A stretch of DNA of 64,000 nt from Lama glama (lineage: Eukaryota): assembly GCA_028534125.1 (NCBI GenBank), contig CM052816.1:53880001-53944000 (forward strand). Direction: 5' to 3'. Shown one piece after another: positions 1 to 13,050 of this stretch. The translations under genes and the position numbers were made by a program. The notes under the pieces are model-generated. The model ran no database searches and had not been told where the DNA came from. It worked only from the letters and a program-made list of their open reading frames with translations. Position 1 is the stretch's first letter; each line of letters begins with the position of its first letter.

Positions 1-206
1 TGCTTGTGGTTAGCATGATGCTGGGCAGTTTATTGATTTTTTCAGAAGAAGCTGGGCTTTGAGTTTGTGGCAGTAGGGAACCTGTAATAAATTATCGAGA
101 AAAAAAAGAGTGATTTTAAACCTATTTGAATGTATGCTGTCTCCTTTTTCTTCCTCATGATAAAAGGTCTCTCCGTTTTGTTGTTGTTTTTTTTTTTTCT
201 CGCCAG

Positions 207-360
207 GTTTGCAGCTAAAACTGTGCACAGTGGGTCATTGATGCTAGTCACAGTGGAACTGAAGGAAGGCTCTACAGCACAGCTTATCATAAACACTGAG
301 AAAACTGTGATTGGTTCTGTTCTGCTGCGGGAGCTGAAGCCTGTCCTGTCCCAGGGGTAA
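207..360 (+). CDS. AP3B1: Terminal coding exon of AP-3 complex subunit beta-1 (partial CDS; upstream exons are outside the window)
   Basis: Polypyrimidine tract (~177-200) and acceptor CGCCAG|G (AG at 205-206). The exon opens with the last base of a split Arg codon, then reads FAAKTVHSGSLMLVTVELKEGSTAQLIINTEKTVIGSVLLRELKPVLSQG to TAA (358-360), which I recognise as the AP3B1 C-terminus. Confidence 0.95.
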
Positions 361-940
361 CCTGCTTACATCTGGACTTCAGAATCTGGCACACAACAAA
401 AGTGCCTGGCATCCACTACTGGTGCCTTTCATTTATAATAATAGCCCTTCCATCTGGCAGTGGGGGAAGAATACACTCTTGACATTCTTGTCTCCTGCTT
501 TAGAATGCTAGTGTGTGTCTATCACGTATGCAATACTTTCCCCCTTTTCGCTTTGCTAACCAAAGAACATATATTTTACTGTCAGTTATCTCAACTCCTA
601 AATCCATGTGGCATTTTCTCTGTGCTGCTACTTCTTCTGGCCTCCTCGGCTTCCTTCTCTCTTTCAACAATGATGGACATGAGTTGGATATTTAAAGTTC
701 ATTGGAAATCCTCTTCCCTCCCGCCTTAAGCAAAATTTAAACTGGAAATAGTCTAAATGGCGTCTCAGCTTGGTATATGAAAATGGGGTGATAGCATACT
801 TTTTTAGAATTAAATTCAAAAACAACGATTTGTCTGCAAAATTTTTTAATGAATTTCCTGCTGTTATAATTGGTTATTGACAATTGTCGTCGTGAAATTA
901 TCTCTGAATAATAAGATGAATAAACCAGCATATGAATAAC
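361..940 (+). other. AP3B1: AP3B1 3' UTR (proximal poly(A) isoform)
   Basis: Follows the stop codon directly and ends at a canonical AATAAA with a downstream U/GU-rich tract. Cleavage site approximate. Confidence 0.8.
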
Positions 941-960
941 ATTTGTCTTTGTATTTTTAA
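919..960 (+). terminator. Polyadenylation signal AATAAA plus downstream U/GU-rich element
   Basis: AATAAA at 919-924; ATTTGTCTTTGTATTTTT at 941-958. A second AATAAA lies at 1012-1017. Confidence 0.75.
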
Positions 961-3900
961 TGAGATTGTTTTTAATCCTGAAGTTCATATGCTGAGGTTT
1001 CTTTATTCTAAAATAAATATTTTTAGTGTTATATTATGCAGAGAAACAATGGGGCTTAGTGAAAGAAAAAACGCTTTCAAACCACATAGATTTTCTACTT
1101 GTACTGTAGTTAATTAACTCAAAAAAAAGGTTGATACGTTTAATAACAAAAACAAAAATCTTCATGTCTCTTTATGTATGATTTTGATCTGTTAGAAGAG
1201 ATCTGATTACAAGACCTATTACAACTACTGGAGAAATTCTTTGAACCTCATTGTTCCTTTACAGATCTTGATGCCCAACTTTGATGGACTGACATGCCTT
1301 TGGAAACTAACCTAGTATAAACTAAATGATAGAAATCTTAAAAACTAGTTACATGATCTACCTTTTAGCACTTTTCCCTACATTTTATTTGCTAACTTAG
1401 GCAAGTGACTGTTTTCATTAAGATTGTTCTATAATCAGAAAATTTTCTTCCTAATACTTTTAAAACCAGCTGCAGTTGTATTTCCCTTTCTGATACAAGG
1501 TAGTAACAGGCTTGAAGGCAGTTCCCTTTGTGTAGAACCACATCATGATTTTTTTAAGTAAAAAGAAAGAGAAGGTCCATTGACTGAAACATGGTAGAAC
1601 ATATATCAAGGGTAAAGAACAGAATGAAGCATTCTTGGAACATACAGGTTGTGAAAAAAATTATTTAGATTTTTAAGGTTGTGAGCCAGAGACAGCAAAC
1701 AAAATTGTTAAATTTTCCTTCTCCTGAGAAACAGCAGTTCATCTGGGTGAAGTATTTCTGTGGCAGTCACGTTCTGCCTCCCTCTGGAGACGTGTGCACT
1801 GCGATAGTCCTGACTTCAGGAAGCATCTCTGTGGTGGCAGCCCTTTGGCATTTCCACTATTAACCCTATTTCTTAGGGCTTTAAAACTTTGCATTTTTAA
1901 GTCAACAACTTTTTGAAACATTATAAAGAATTTGACAGACTAAATAGCTGTTTTCTGAAAAACATTTGTACTTACTGTCATCAACGCAGAGGGGGAAATG
2001 TATGTTGTGACAGATTTTTATTTTCCTTAAATTAGGGCACTCCTCTTTGAAGGGTCACACATCTGTCTGTTTTTTAACACTGAGGAAATTTCAGTAGGAT
2101 TTTGCTTTTGAATAAAATAATATTTTTGACTGCTAACTTTTAGATTTTTATATTTGCATTAAATTAATAATATATTGTAGTATGCTCACAGTTGAAACCT
2201 TTTGAACATCAGTAGGTTGTTATCGTTAAAATATTGTTTCATGCAAGTGAAATTAGAAAAATGACAACAGCCCCAAGTTTAAGGTTTGGGGTTTTTGGGT
2301 TTTTTTTACTTTTCTTTGGTGCAATGATTCAGAGTTCCTTGCCTTACATTTCCTTTTACTTTATCATAATCCACGATTATCTTCAAAGTGTTCCACTGAG
2401 TCGAGTTAGTCAATGCTCAATTTTTAATTCCAGCTATATTTTTTCATTTTAATGTCCACTTAATGGGACATTTTATGTACACCAATCTTGAAGTATGGCT
2501 CTCACAGTATATTTCAGGCTGAGCCTCATTTTGGTATCACAATACATGTGCTTTATTTATTATTAAAAAAAAGAAGGATGTTTTTATTCTGAAGTGACTA
2601 AGCAATGAACTTACCAAGTTAAAATACTGGATACTTTCCCTTCCTAATAACTCTGCAGACATTTGACTAACTTTATAGTAGCTTAGGAAAAGGTTGACTT
2701 TGTAACCTTGTGTTTCTGTTGTTAAGAATTTAAATGTTAATATTAGAGAAGACAGGAATCCAGAACAACAAATAGCATAAAGCGAGGTTAAAAAAAAAAA
2801 AAGTTGGACCAGCTAAAGGAAAATCTAAGATCTTCTACCTTCTTTGTTCCCTTTCTGTCATCATTCTGACCTTATAGGAACTTTGTTTAAAGGGGAAGAA
2901 CTCCTCTTTCACATAATGGGGGTGGGGGGTGGTTGTTATAACACAAAATTGGCAGAGCCTTACTATTTCCTTAGTATTTGAACAGTATGTCCACTGTGGA
3001 ATATGAGGAGTAACCCTTATCAGGGTAGGGGACGATAGAAGCTGTGCTCTGTCCCCCAGGAAACCTACAGACCAGTTGAAGAAGTGGCAGTGTGGACTTG
3101 ACTAAGTTAGTGAGCCCTGGCTTGCAAACAAATTTCGCTTACGTACTGATACAGGCTCGCCTCCTCCCCCAGCCCCACTTGCTCTGGGGGTCAGGTCAGC
3201 CGTCCCTTCACCGCCTCCTCCCGCCCTCTCCTCTTCCAGGTGACCGGAGCAGGCGGGCCAGCCTCTGCGTGCGCACTTCTTTTGTTCCTCCATCAGCTGG
3301 AGGTCAGTTCATTTAAAGACAATTACTTTCTGACCGTGGACTTGCTTTTTTTTTTTTTTTTAATCTTTCTCTTCCCCTCCTGCCTTCCAACTTGTCCAGT
3401 TACCCAGGAAGAGTTCTCTTTAACTCTCTTCTGGAGATTTTAGAGGAACAACAACAAAAGTCAAGTTTACGATGGTGTTATAGACTTAGATGAATGGAAA
3501 TTGTGCTTAACAGAAACATGCCCTTGCATGGACCAGAAGATTCTTTTCTGAATCTTCACAGACTCCATCTCCTTTCTTTATGGGACTTCCCAACAAACAG
3601 CACTCAGTACAAGTGAGTGAATGCTTACTCTCTTCCTGTTTTGAAAACATTCCTCTTTTTATTTTTTTAACCACTTTTTCCCATCGACTGTTAAGAGCAA
3701 GCAGCATTTTAAGACCTGACCTGGTAAGTTAACCACCATGTATAACTGGTTTTTGTAAATAATGTGGAAGATGTTTAGAATTTGAAACGTGTCAGACTCC
3801 ACGTGATCACTTGACCAACAAACTTGGAAGACTGGAACACAGCTGTTCGAAAGCCGAAATGGTTTCTGAGAAACACTGCGAATCAATTGCATGATTAATT

Positions 3901-5589
3901 GTCAGATCACCCCAGGAAGAGATGTTGGGTTTAGGGGAACAAGTGCTCCCTGGGCTGGAGGGATCTGAGAAGGTTTGACTGAGGCAGTGAAGCTAGTGTA
4001 AAAGTGAGGTGACATTTAAAAGAGAAGAGTGTTTCTGGGAGCGAGAGAAGGGAGAATATATTATTCTCAACTGGGGCTGTGTCTTAGAATGTTTTTTAAA
4101 TACCTTTATACAGAAAGCAGCATTGCCCACACCCCAGAAGGTGGTGTGTGCCCTTCCTCTCCTTGCTCTCATTGCTCGTCTTTCTTCTCTCCCACAGTCT
4201 CTCTCTCTCCTGAAACAGCCCCCAAGCCTCCACCTCATCAGCCTGCAGAAGTTAGAGAAGAAACACGAAGGGCGGAGGTGTTCCAGGTGGGGCTGTGCTG
4301 CGCTTGTAAACAGAGCAGAGGCAGAAAGAAAGGTAGGGACCGTTGGACTAGGCAGAGGCCAGGAGAAGTAGGCTTGGCTGGTTTGACTCTCCTGCTTGTA
4401 GCCTGGTTCTAGGTATTCCCTTGGGGACCCTTTCCTGTGCCACTGCAGGTTCTAAAGTGAGCCTTTTCAGACTTAGATTCAAAGCCACTAAAGACTATTA
4501 CATTCCACTGGTGTCTGTTTCCTGGTTACATGATTGTGAGTTGAAGTGATGCTAAAATTTCTAATCTCCCCTCAGGTTTGTCTTTCTCTGGAGCCAGTTT
4601 TACGTGCATAGTCATTCGTACACGTCATTCCTAGCTGGGTCATTTAAAATGCCGACTGAGGACCACAAACCCTCAAACTCGAATGGGGACTCATTTCAGT
4701 GGACTCAGACCGGCCTTTAATGACATTGTGAGGCACTGGTTTCTCACCTACAACCTAGACAGCCAGAGAGACCAAAGATCAGGCTACAATGAAGAAGCTT
4801 TATTCTGAGACCTGCGATGTTTGGGAAACCTAACCAGTAGGTAATTCTGCCCGTGGGCTCATTCACATAGCCCTTGAAGACTGCAGACTCTGCATAGATC
4901 CTTAGAACGGGGAAGCCTCATCTTGCCCACCCATCTCTTAGCTGGGAGCAGAGGGAAGGCGTGCCAAGGGGAAAGTATCAGAATATGGGAGGAGGGAAGG
5001 AAGGGAGGTGAGCAGTACCCCAACCAAGATTCTGATCCCCCCCCCCAGAAGGGCATCTTCTTCTCAAACCATGTAAAAACCAACTTTGTTTAAAGCAGTG
5101 TGATGTGAATGAGGACTCTAGCTTCAAGGAGGGTCCACTGTCTCTATGGGTAGCGGTGAGGAGTGGTTAAGACCATGGCCTAGAAAAAGGAAAAGGTTAA
5201 ATTCTGCCTTTGCAAAGTGGTTAAGAGAGGCTGTCTGAAGGTGGGCCCCTCAGCCTGCATTTAAACCCCTCTCTTCTAATGAGTTCACCATTACATGCTT
5301 GTGTCCTGTTGTAGTAAACTCACGAGTGACAACGTAGGGTAAGGGGTGAGCCAAGGCGTCTGCCAAGGGAAGGCTAGTGCAGAAGTTTGGGGGAAAGATA
5401 CCCAGTGTCCTCCCAACCGAAGGCTTGCTTTTTGAACCTGAAAAAAATGAAGCCACCGTGAGAGGGCCTCTTCCTGGCGTCACATCAAAGTCACGATCAC
5501 CAAGGGCACTCTTGCCTCCGTTTTGCTCGGGCCTCGTCAAAACCGCGGGGCCTAAATAAAACTATTTTGTAAACAAAGTGAGGGACAGC

Positions 5590-6120
5590 TCCGTTTTCTA
5601 ATTGAAAGGAATTATGATTTTCTGTGCTGTGGTGTAATTACCTAAAAAAAATGTTATTTGATGATTAAGATTCTGGAGCGAATTGTGTTCTTTGGGCTCT
5701 CGTACCGTTCCGCCATCAGGGACTTGGTTTCAGCGGTGTGCAGCTGCTGGAGTTGATTTACAGTGCCGCGGCTGTGGCTGGTCATAAATAAATCCTCTTA
5801 TATAGTTGTTATGAACACCTGTTAGATCATCTGTCAGCAAAGCACTGTTCACATTTATCATGGCGCGGTAGTGATTTTACCTCAATCCATTTCCAACTGA
5901 CTCAGCCTCCATTGCTGGGTTACTATTACCACACCATAATCGCTCGTCCCCACTCCATGTTACAACTTGCAGATAAAAGATTTCACTACTTGGCCAAATT
6001 TCATAAATAAAGGAGCAGTTCAGTGCAGTAAAAGTTTATTTTTGTCATCATTTGTCACCCCATTATTCTATAAATCAAACGGAATGGCGCTCTCGCCAGC
6101 TCAGGCGTTGCTGTCAGCCT
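5590..6120. promoter_or_regulatory. Candidate conserved enhancer with a HOX/PBX/MEIS-type motif cluster
   Basis: TGATTTAC (5754-5761), GTCATAAA (5781-5788), CTGTCA (5831-5836, 6111-6116) and several TAAT/ATTA cores. CpGs are retained in non-repeat, moderately AT-rich DNA. Confidence 0.5.
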
Positions 6121-9100
6121 TAGGCATGGAAATGGTCCGTTTCTTTCTTTTAGATGAGATGACATGTCTTTCAGACTTAACTGTCTTATGGCTTTGTTTC
6201 ACCCACTTTATTTTATTACCCCTCTGGAAAAATCCTTGGGGAGCAGAAAGACTTAAGGAGTGAAATGGAAACAGAAAACACAGCCCAGCACACTGCTCAG
6301 CCCAGGGATGCGTTCCCCGTCCAGTCGCTGGCCACCTGACCACCGCCCCTGCTCACACCCCAAGTCCTTGGCTGAGGACGCTTTTCACAAACTTCTGAGG
6401 GATTATAGTTTCTGTTTTGGAGAGGCTATTCCAGTGTGGAGTTACAGATATTGGAATACCTGACATATGTCTCCAGAGACCCCCCTCGATTTGACAGGCT
6501 TTATGCAAAGAAAAGATGAACTGGTTTCTTTTCTAAGATGCATTTTAATGGCTCTGAGGCTCTGAAAGAGAATGGTCACCCCCAGAGAGGGTCTCGCCCC
6601 TGAAGGCTTGTCAGCTGGGGAGCCCTGGAGGAAGAGTCGAGATTTATTAGCAAGTTGTGAACTCTGTCTCCGTCATGCGTCTGAGGAAGGCAATGTCCCT
6701 TGGTTAAAAGGAAGAGGACAGAAAAAGCTGAAGGGATGGGGTAATACAAAAGGCTTTATAGTTGGTATTATACTTCCGAGTTGGTTCTAATTCAAGTTAC
6801 CTTCTTCCTAGTCATTATGTAGCTCATAAATTCAATAAAGTGTTTTACTGTTACTATAAAAATGACAGGAGGGGGGTTTTATGTTATAAGTTCTGTTAGT
6901 TGCTCTTCCTGTTTTATGTTGAAGTTCTCAGGCCATTATGTCATTAAACTCCTTGGAGTCTGAAGGGCTCAGGCCCCTCCGTTTCTTGCTTGCACACACT
7001 TGGCCATGTTGGCTCAGGAAGGGCCGGGCCACCAGGCTCTTCCAGCCAACTGCCTGTGGTACCAAGCGGGCAGGGCTGTTTGTATCTGTTACTTCACGAG
7101 AAGCAGCTTCAGTCCTCCAAGATGTGCAGTGAGGAGGCCTGGGGTGGAGGGACGGCTTTGGGAAGACTGCTTGAGGGGTTCTAGGAATTCTGAAGGAAGG
7201 GTCCTTTTTATCCGGAGGAGGAGGATTTCCCGGATGGGGTGTCTGTAGCTCCAGGCTCTGTGGACGCAGGAACTGTTCTCTGCGTCATGATGGGTCTTGG
7301 CACCAGACTCTTTGCTAACTTGTTAACCTTCACATAGCTCCGAGTCCTTGATAAAGTTCCCAGCAAATGTAGAGTTGAAATCTTACAGAGGTATTTTGGA
7401 AAGGAAACACCACTCTCGTTTGGCTGTTGTCTTTGATTCCGGAAGAAGCAAAGGGCATTTCTGCTCTAGGGAACTTTGGTTTCTCCAGATGTTTGTTTTG
7501 AACAGAATATCCACATGGAAACAGCAACTACTAATTCTCCGGCCAGAGTGCATCAAGGCCTTAATCTAAAGCCTCCCATCCATCCAGCTGTCTGGCACTT
7601 GCTATTATAGGGCACCAACAGAGAAATGAGGCTGTGGCTTTATCACTGCACCCTGGGTGACAACTTGATTTTCTGCTTTCACCGCAGGCAGCAGCAGCCC
7701 AACATGATGGGGCTGTTAATTTGTGCATTTCATGGTGTCTGTCAGGGGGGCTGGGAGAGGAGGGTTTCAGGGGGAAGGGAATGGAGCATGTCCCAGGCGC
7801 GGAAGCACCTGTCTGCATTGACGGCACAGAGCACTTCTTATTAGCGTGCAGGTCTCTAAATGCAGCCCGGGGATGACAGCCTGGCATCCCAGCACCCACA
7901 CACTGTGACAGGCGCCGGCAGCCGGTCCCATTGTTTGCCCTTGATGAGCATGTCATTAATGGAAATGGAAGAAAGTGAGGGCCACATCAGTATTCAAATA
8001 GCCTCTATTCTCTCTGCCATTCACCCGGCTGGCTCGGCCTGCTGCACATCTCCTTCTGCAAGCTCCTCTTAGACTTTTTTTTACAAAAACAGATTTATTC
8101 CCATGGCCTACAAATCCTTTCCATGTTGTTCCTGGTTTCTCCCAGTCCTGCATTTGCACCCACCTCTTTAGGCTGGATTTAGCTGAATCAAAGGAGATTT
8201 GGGTTGTTGTGTATTGCAAAGGTCAAATTAGCAAGTGCATGCTGTTTGCGGCCCAGAAAATGCCCGCCGTCCTTACTCTCTGTGCCTGTGTCCCTGTGCC
8301 TCCCCAATCCTGCATCTCCTCTGGTGAGCCAGTGGCCGCTCTGGCCACCACTCAGAAATACCTGATAGGGCTCGGAGCACTGAAGTAGAGAATCTGACTT
8401 CTCAAAGAGCGGCGGGCATGGAAAATCACACTCAAGCGCAGTAAATTAAAGAGAAGTTAAGGGAAGTGCCCAGTAGTCACTGGTTGGAAAGAACTGTGGA
8501 CCGCGCGTGATTATTTACAGCCGAGTGGAGAGTGACTGGATCCTAAATACGTGTTTCCGTCCCTCAGACCCTGTGTTGGTCTGTTTGCTTAATAATGTAA
8601 TTAGTGCTCAGAGGGAGAATATCGATGCTGCTGCTACCAGCCATTGCTCTTCCGTGCGTTTCTAACCCGCTCCTATTGCCGGCTTGGCTTTCACACTACC
8701 TAGTTGTGCATGTTCACACCCGGATGCACATACGCACACAAAACCCCTCAGAGCCCCCTCCTAATAGGAGCCCAGATCCGCATTTCCCCCACACCCCACC
8801 GCATGCACTACTGAGTTCTGTGTTTGCACGATTCACATCTCCATTCGGGTGGGTGGTTCCTGGATGAAGGCAGCTGTGAAAGACCACTTCTAATTTCTCT
8901 CTGACCTTTTAGTAAGGAAAGGTCAGAAGAACTGCTTGCTGTGCATTTCCCTAGCAGTGTCCCTCATCTGGTATTAATCTGTCAGTGACCAGGGCCCTAA
9001 GACACCACCTGTCTTCTAAACCAGTCTGGTTGGAGGCTGAAAAAGGTGCAGACGCTACCACTGCTGGATGCCTGGAAATGGAATTCGGGGCTGACACTCG

Positions 9101-10298
9101 GCAGTGCAGCGTTCTCTTCTTACCCCAGCCGGAGGTGAACGGGGGAATTCTTATTACCGAGCTGTTTTTTTCCCTAAAACATAGAAACTCTTCAAGAGAA
9201 GGAGCCATGTCGTTCTATCCCAGTGACGCCGTCTCCTAGTAGAGGTGCCATGCTGTCTGGCTCAGAGTGGGCGTCCATGGAGTTGTTGTCATCCACGGTA
9301 TCATGGCCCCTGTACGGACCTGGGAGATCTGAAAAGAGATTTTCTCAGGTGTTTATCTGACAGCCTACAAAGCCCCCCAGCCCTTCTCCCGTAGAAGCCC
9401 AGAGAGGTGATAATGGTTTAAAAAGCCAAGTCATAAATTGGGCTTTCTCTACTCACTTGCTTTGTAGCTGAGGGACTCCGCAGAGGGCAATTTAAAAGGA
9501 ACAGAAACAGGCTGAGGAAAAAAAATCCCAACGCTTTAGCCTTAGTGTCAGAGTGATGGAAAATAATTTTCACATTTGATTAATTATTAAGAGATCTGTT
9601 TAATAAAATATAGAGAGAGCATTTTGTCTCTCGACAATCGTTAGTATGACCCCAGACCCCTATTTTGGAGGTGAACAAAAAGCTATTGAGGTATAACAAT
9701 AAATTTTGTCCCCAAGGGTCTTTGCAGAAGTGGCCACAGGGCCGTCCTGACAGATTTAAGGCAGAAATCCTACAGCTGACACTGAAATGTGTCAACTCCA
9801 GTGACTTCCGTTGGCAGGTCGCACCCGCCAGCCTCACCCAGACATGTGAATAAAGCAAAATCATTGACCTAGAAAGACACTGTGGGCTTTTCCTTTTTGT
9901 TTTATTTTTTAAGAAAATTATCTCTAAAACAGAGGTTCAAGTGTTTAGCATTCTTGATAGCTACTTATTTCAAATGCAGCAAGTCATCAAGGAATTCTGT
10001 CCTTCTTTTATGAATAATTTTATTTTCAGAACCCCACAATTTCTCTGCCCATGAATCTCTTTATTTTATTGGCATTTAGATAGGACTCTAGGTCTTATGA
10101 GGAAACATTTTATTAGCAGGAGTTAGATTTCTTTTTCTCTTCCTCCAGAAAAAAATGTAGTATCGTCTGTAAGATTTGTGTGTAGAGTCTATGTCATTCA
10201 ACCTCGGGCATTCAAACTAATTTAAAGGTAGCCTCATTTAGTTATAAGAATGTACACAGTAATTAAAAAGCACTTGAGTAAACATTTCAAAAATTGGA

Positions 10299-10389
10299 TT
10301 TTTTTTTTTTTAATGAAGGTACTGGGGAATGAACCCAGGAACTCATTCATGCTAAGCATGTGCTCTACCACTGAGCTGTTACCCTCTCC
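10299..10389 (-). mobile_element. tRNA-Ala-derived camelid SINE (vic-1 type), short form
   Basis: Minus strand reads GGAGAGGGTAACAGCTCAGTGGTAGAGCACATGCTTAGCATG...GGTTCATTCCCCAGTACCTTCA plus an A tail. Degenerate TSD: AAATTGGATTTTT (from 10291) / AGATTGGGTTTTT (from 10390). Confidence 0.85.
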
Positions 10390-11239
10390 AGATTGGGTTT
10401 TTTAATGTACTGTGGTCTGCCAGTTATTTTCAACTATTTCTCTACTGTGGACATGGCAGCAAGAAGCAGTCCGAATCAGGCATGGAGATGATCAGGCCAA
10501 GGTGACTCCACGTCCCCTCCGCCCACTCTTCCTACTTCTACATCTGCAAGGTGCACATGTTTTCCTTTCGGGTGGCTGCTCCTCTGGTGAAGGCAGCAGT
10601 GAAAGAACGCCTCTGATTCCTTTCTGACCTTTCAGTGAGAAAGGACAGGTCCTCCCCGTCCTCCCCGGGCAGTCTGGAGTGGGCCAGACTGCAGTTGCCA
10701 GCATCTGCCTCCCAAAAGGACCAGTGCCAGCGCCTCCGAAGTCCACAGCTGCATTTCTAAACCTTCCACCATTGCCCACCTACTTTGAGGATAGATCCAT
10801 TAAATATTTTGGAAGGAATTCCAGAGCCATTTGTCTGCAAACATTTCCACCCTCCCAGTAGTGAACATTCTCACAAATGGAAAGCGTAGTGTGGAAAATG
10901 TGCTGCAGGGGTGGGGAGGGGTAGGGTGCGGGGAACGACTTGAACTTTCAGTTACCAGCCTCCCCCTTGACATCAGACATCGGTGGGAGCACAGTGTGAT
11001 GGGGAGGTTACATGGCCCCAGCCCCCAGCACTGCCCCTCACGGCCAGGTAGTGATCTGCTTTGGGCCAAGACAAGCCCATGTGCCCTGCAATCTCTGGAC
11101 CCCCAGAAGGCAGAAAGATTTACTAGAAGATCCAGAAGTGAACAGGGAGAAAATATTCAACCTATGTTGATCATTATCACTGACCTCATGCTTCTTCCAT
11201 TGTGTTTGTTTTCTAACGCCCTGAATATACTGGAACAGG

Positions 11240-11395
11240 ACAGTAATACACATACACGTACAGTAATAGATATAATTAACGTTCCACTTATAAATTAGTA
11301 ATACGGTATCAGTAGTAATACATATGTATAATATAATACACGTATATAATATACAGTCGGCAGTACATGTAGACATTTATAAATAAATGTACACA
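11240..11395. repeat. Low-complexity AT-rich degenerate repeat
   Basis: Recurrent AGTAATA (4x) and TACACGTA (2x) units in largely alternating purine/pyrimidine sequence. Confidence 0.6.
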
Positions 11396-12934
11396 TTGGC
11401 TCTGGCTCAGTCCAAACCACCCTGCAGCATGGCCCAGGGTGCACCGCCTGCGCTGCTACAACAGAGCGGACGGAGGGCCTGGGCGGGAACTGCAGGGACC
11501 CCACACAGCCTTATGAGCACCTGATTCTTTTCTCCACGACTGCGGTTTGGGAAGAGTGGGCAGCCAGGTCTCTCAGGGTGCCAGGAAGTTATTCCTACTT
11601 CCCAGACAATAATGAGGTTTATCTTGGCCTCTCCCAACCCTCGCCCTTTCTGCCTCAGGGCCGTGGAGTGGAGCACATCGTGTGTTCAGCCACCTTAACC
11701 AAGGGGAGCCCTCCGGAGCAGGCTCACTGTGCGGGTGCTAGTTACAGCCCACTTCGGAGAAGCAGGGAGGCAGGGCAGGGGCCAGGAGGCCTCCTCCTTT
11801 GGATGGAGAGAGGAGGGGGCCATGCGGAGGGTGGGATGGCACCTGGATCCATCTCATTAGGAGTGAGGAATGACTCCTGATTCACAAAAGGTCATTGCCT
11901 ACTGAGGTAGATAAATTACCTATAAGCCTTCAGCGGAGTTGGAGGACCTATTTGGTAAGGAAGTTTTCATTAAATCAGAGATTTTATGGCTTCTATTTTG
12001 TTGCATAGGAAAAGGGAAATAATTAGTAATTGACAAAATAAGTGCAGGGAATAAAAAAGTGTAATGTTATTCTAATAGGCCTTGTCTTGGTCTTTAACTT
12101 TTCACTTGCAAGCAGCATTATTTTTTAACTCAGATGTATAAAAATCATCCACACTGAGAAAGTGGAACCAATTGCAGTTAAACAATTGAGGGGAGCACTA
12201 ACCAAAATAGGCTAGGCTTTAAAATGCCATAAATATTCTTCCTTTTTATTGTGTTTGATTTTTGATGATGCCCATAACCCATTGGTTAAAAATTAAATAG
12301 ACATGTTCTTAGGTATTACTTAAATGCATTTTAGTGCTAAACTATATAAAGCAGTATGTATGTGTATATATATATTTATATATTTATATTTGCCCCCAAA
12401 CTTATATATATGCCCCCAACTTGCCTGTTAGATGAGTTTCTCAGATGGGCCCCTATTTTTTTTTACTGATATTTCCATCTTGGGAGATACCCCCACATTA
12501 TAACAATAGTAACACTGAAATTAAAATTTCTCTAAGGGTGAATTTAACCTAACCTATTGGGGTGTCGCTGTAGCATATAAATTAGGCAGATTTTCGTAGA
12601 ATAACAAACACTAGAGCCTTTCTGTCAGTGAAATATTTACCCCTCACATTTACATGGCCACAGGGATTTCTTTTTCATAGGATTCCTGCCTTTTTACCCC
12701 CAATTAAATCTGCTTTGGAGAGGACTTGTGCTCCTGTGAGACTCACAGGCTATCAGAAGGAAATGATAAACAAAGATCTATGGAAAATAGCTAAGAGGGA
12801 AAGGAAAGCAGTTAGATCCACACTGATGATACCTACTGTTTTAAGTGACACCTTCCACAATAGGGGCTTCCTATGCTTGGTCTTAGCCTAATCATTTTTC
12901 AGCCTATATTTTCTCAGCCAGGTGTGCAAGGGGC

Positions 12935-13050
12935 TGTCTTCATCCACATTTCACAGCTGAGGGAACTGGCACTGGGGGCAGCTAGCCCCTCGCTCAGCCA
13001 TGCAGACAGAGAGGGGACGCCAGGCCTGGGCCCCAAGTCAGTGTAAGGAA
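12935..13050 (+). mobile_element. MIR SINE remnant
   Basis: CCACATTTCACAGCTGAGGGAACTGGCACT resembles the MIR core CCCATTTTACAGATGAGGAAACTGAGGC. Confidence 0.6.

Noticed and set aside
130..206. N-terminal part of ORF 130..360 (MYAVSFFFL...)
   Set aside because: Intronic polypyrimidine tract read in frame; the real exon starts after the AG at 205-206.
4561..4580. Strong-looking isolated splice acceptors (CTAAT..CCCTCAG|G here; also near 3239 and 47502)
   Set aside because: No convincing paired donor or coding frame; expected by chance in 64 kb.
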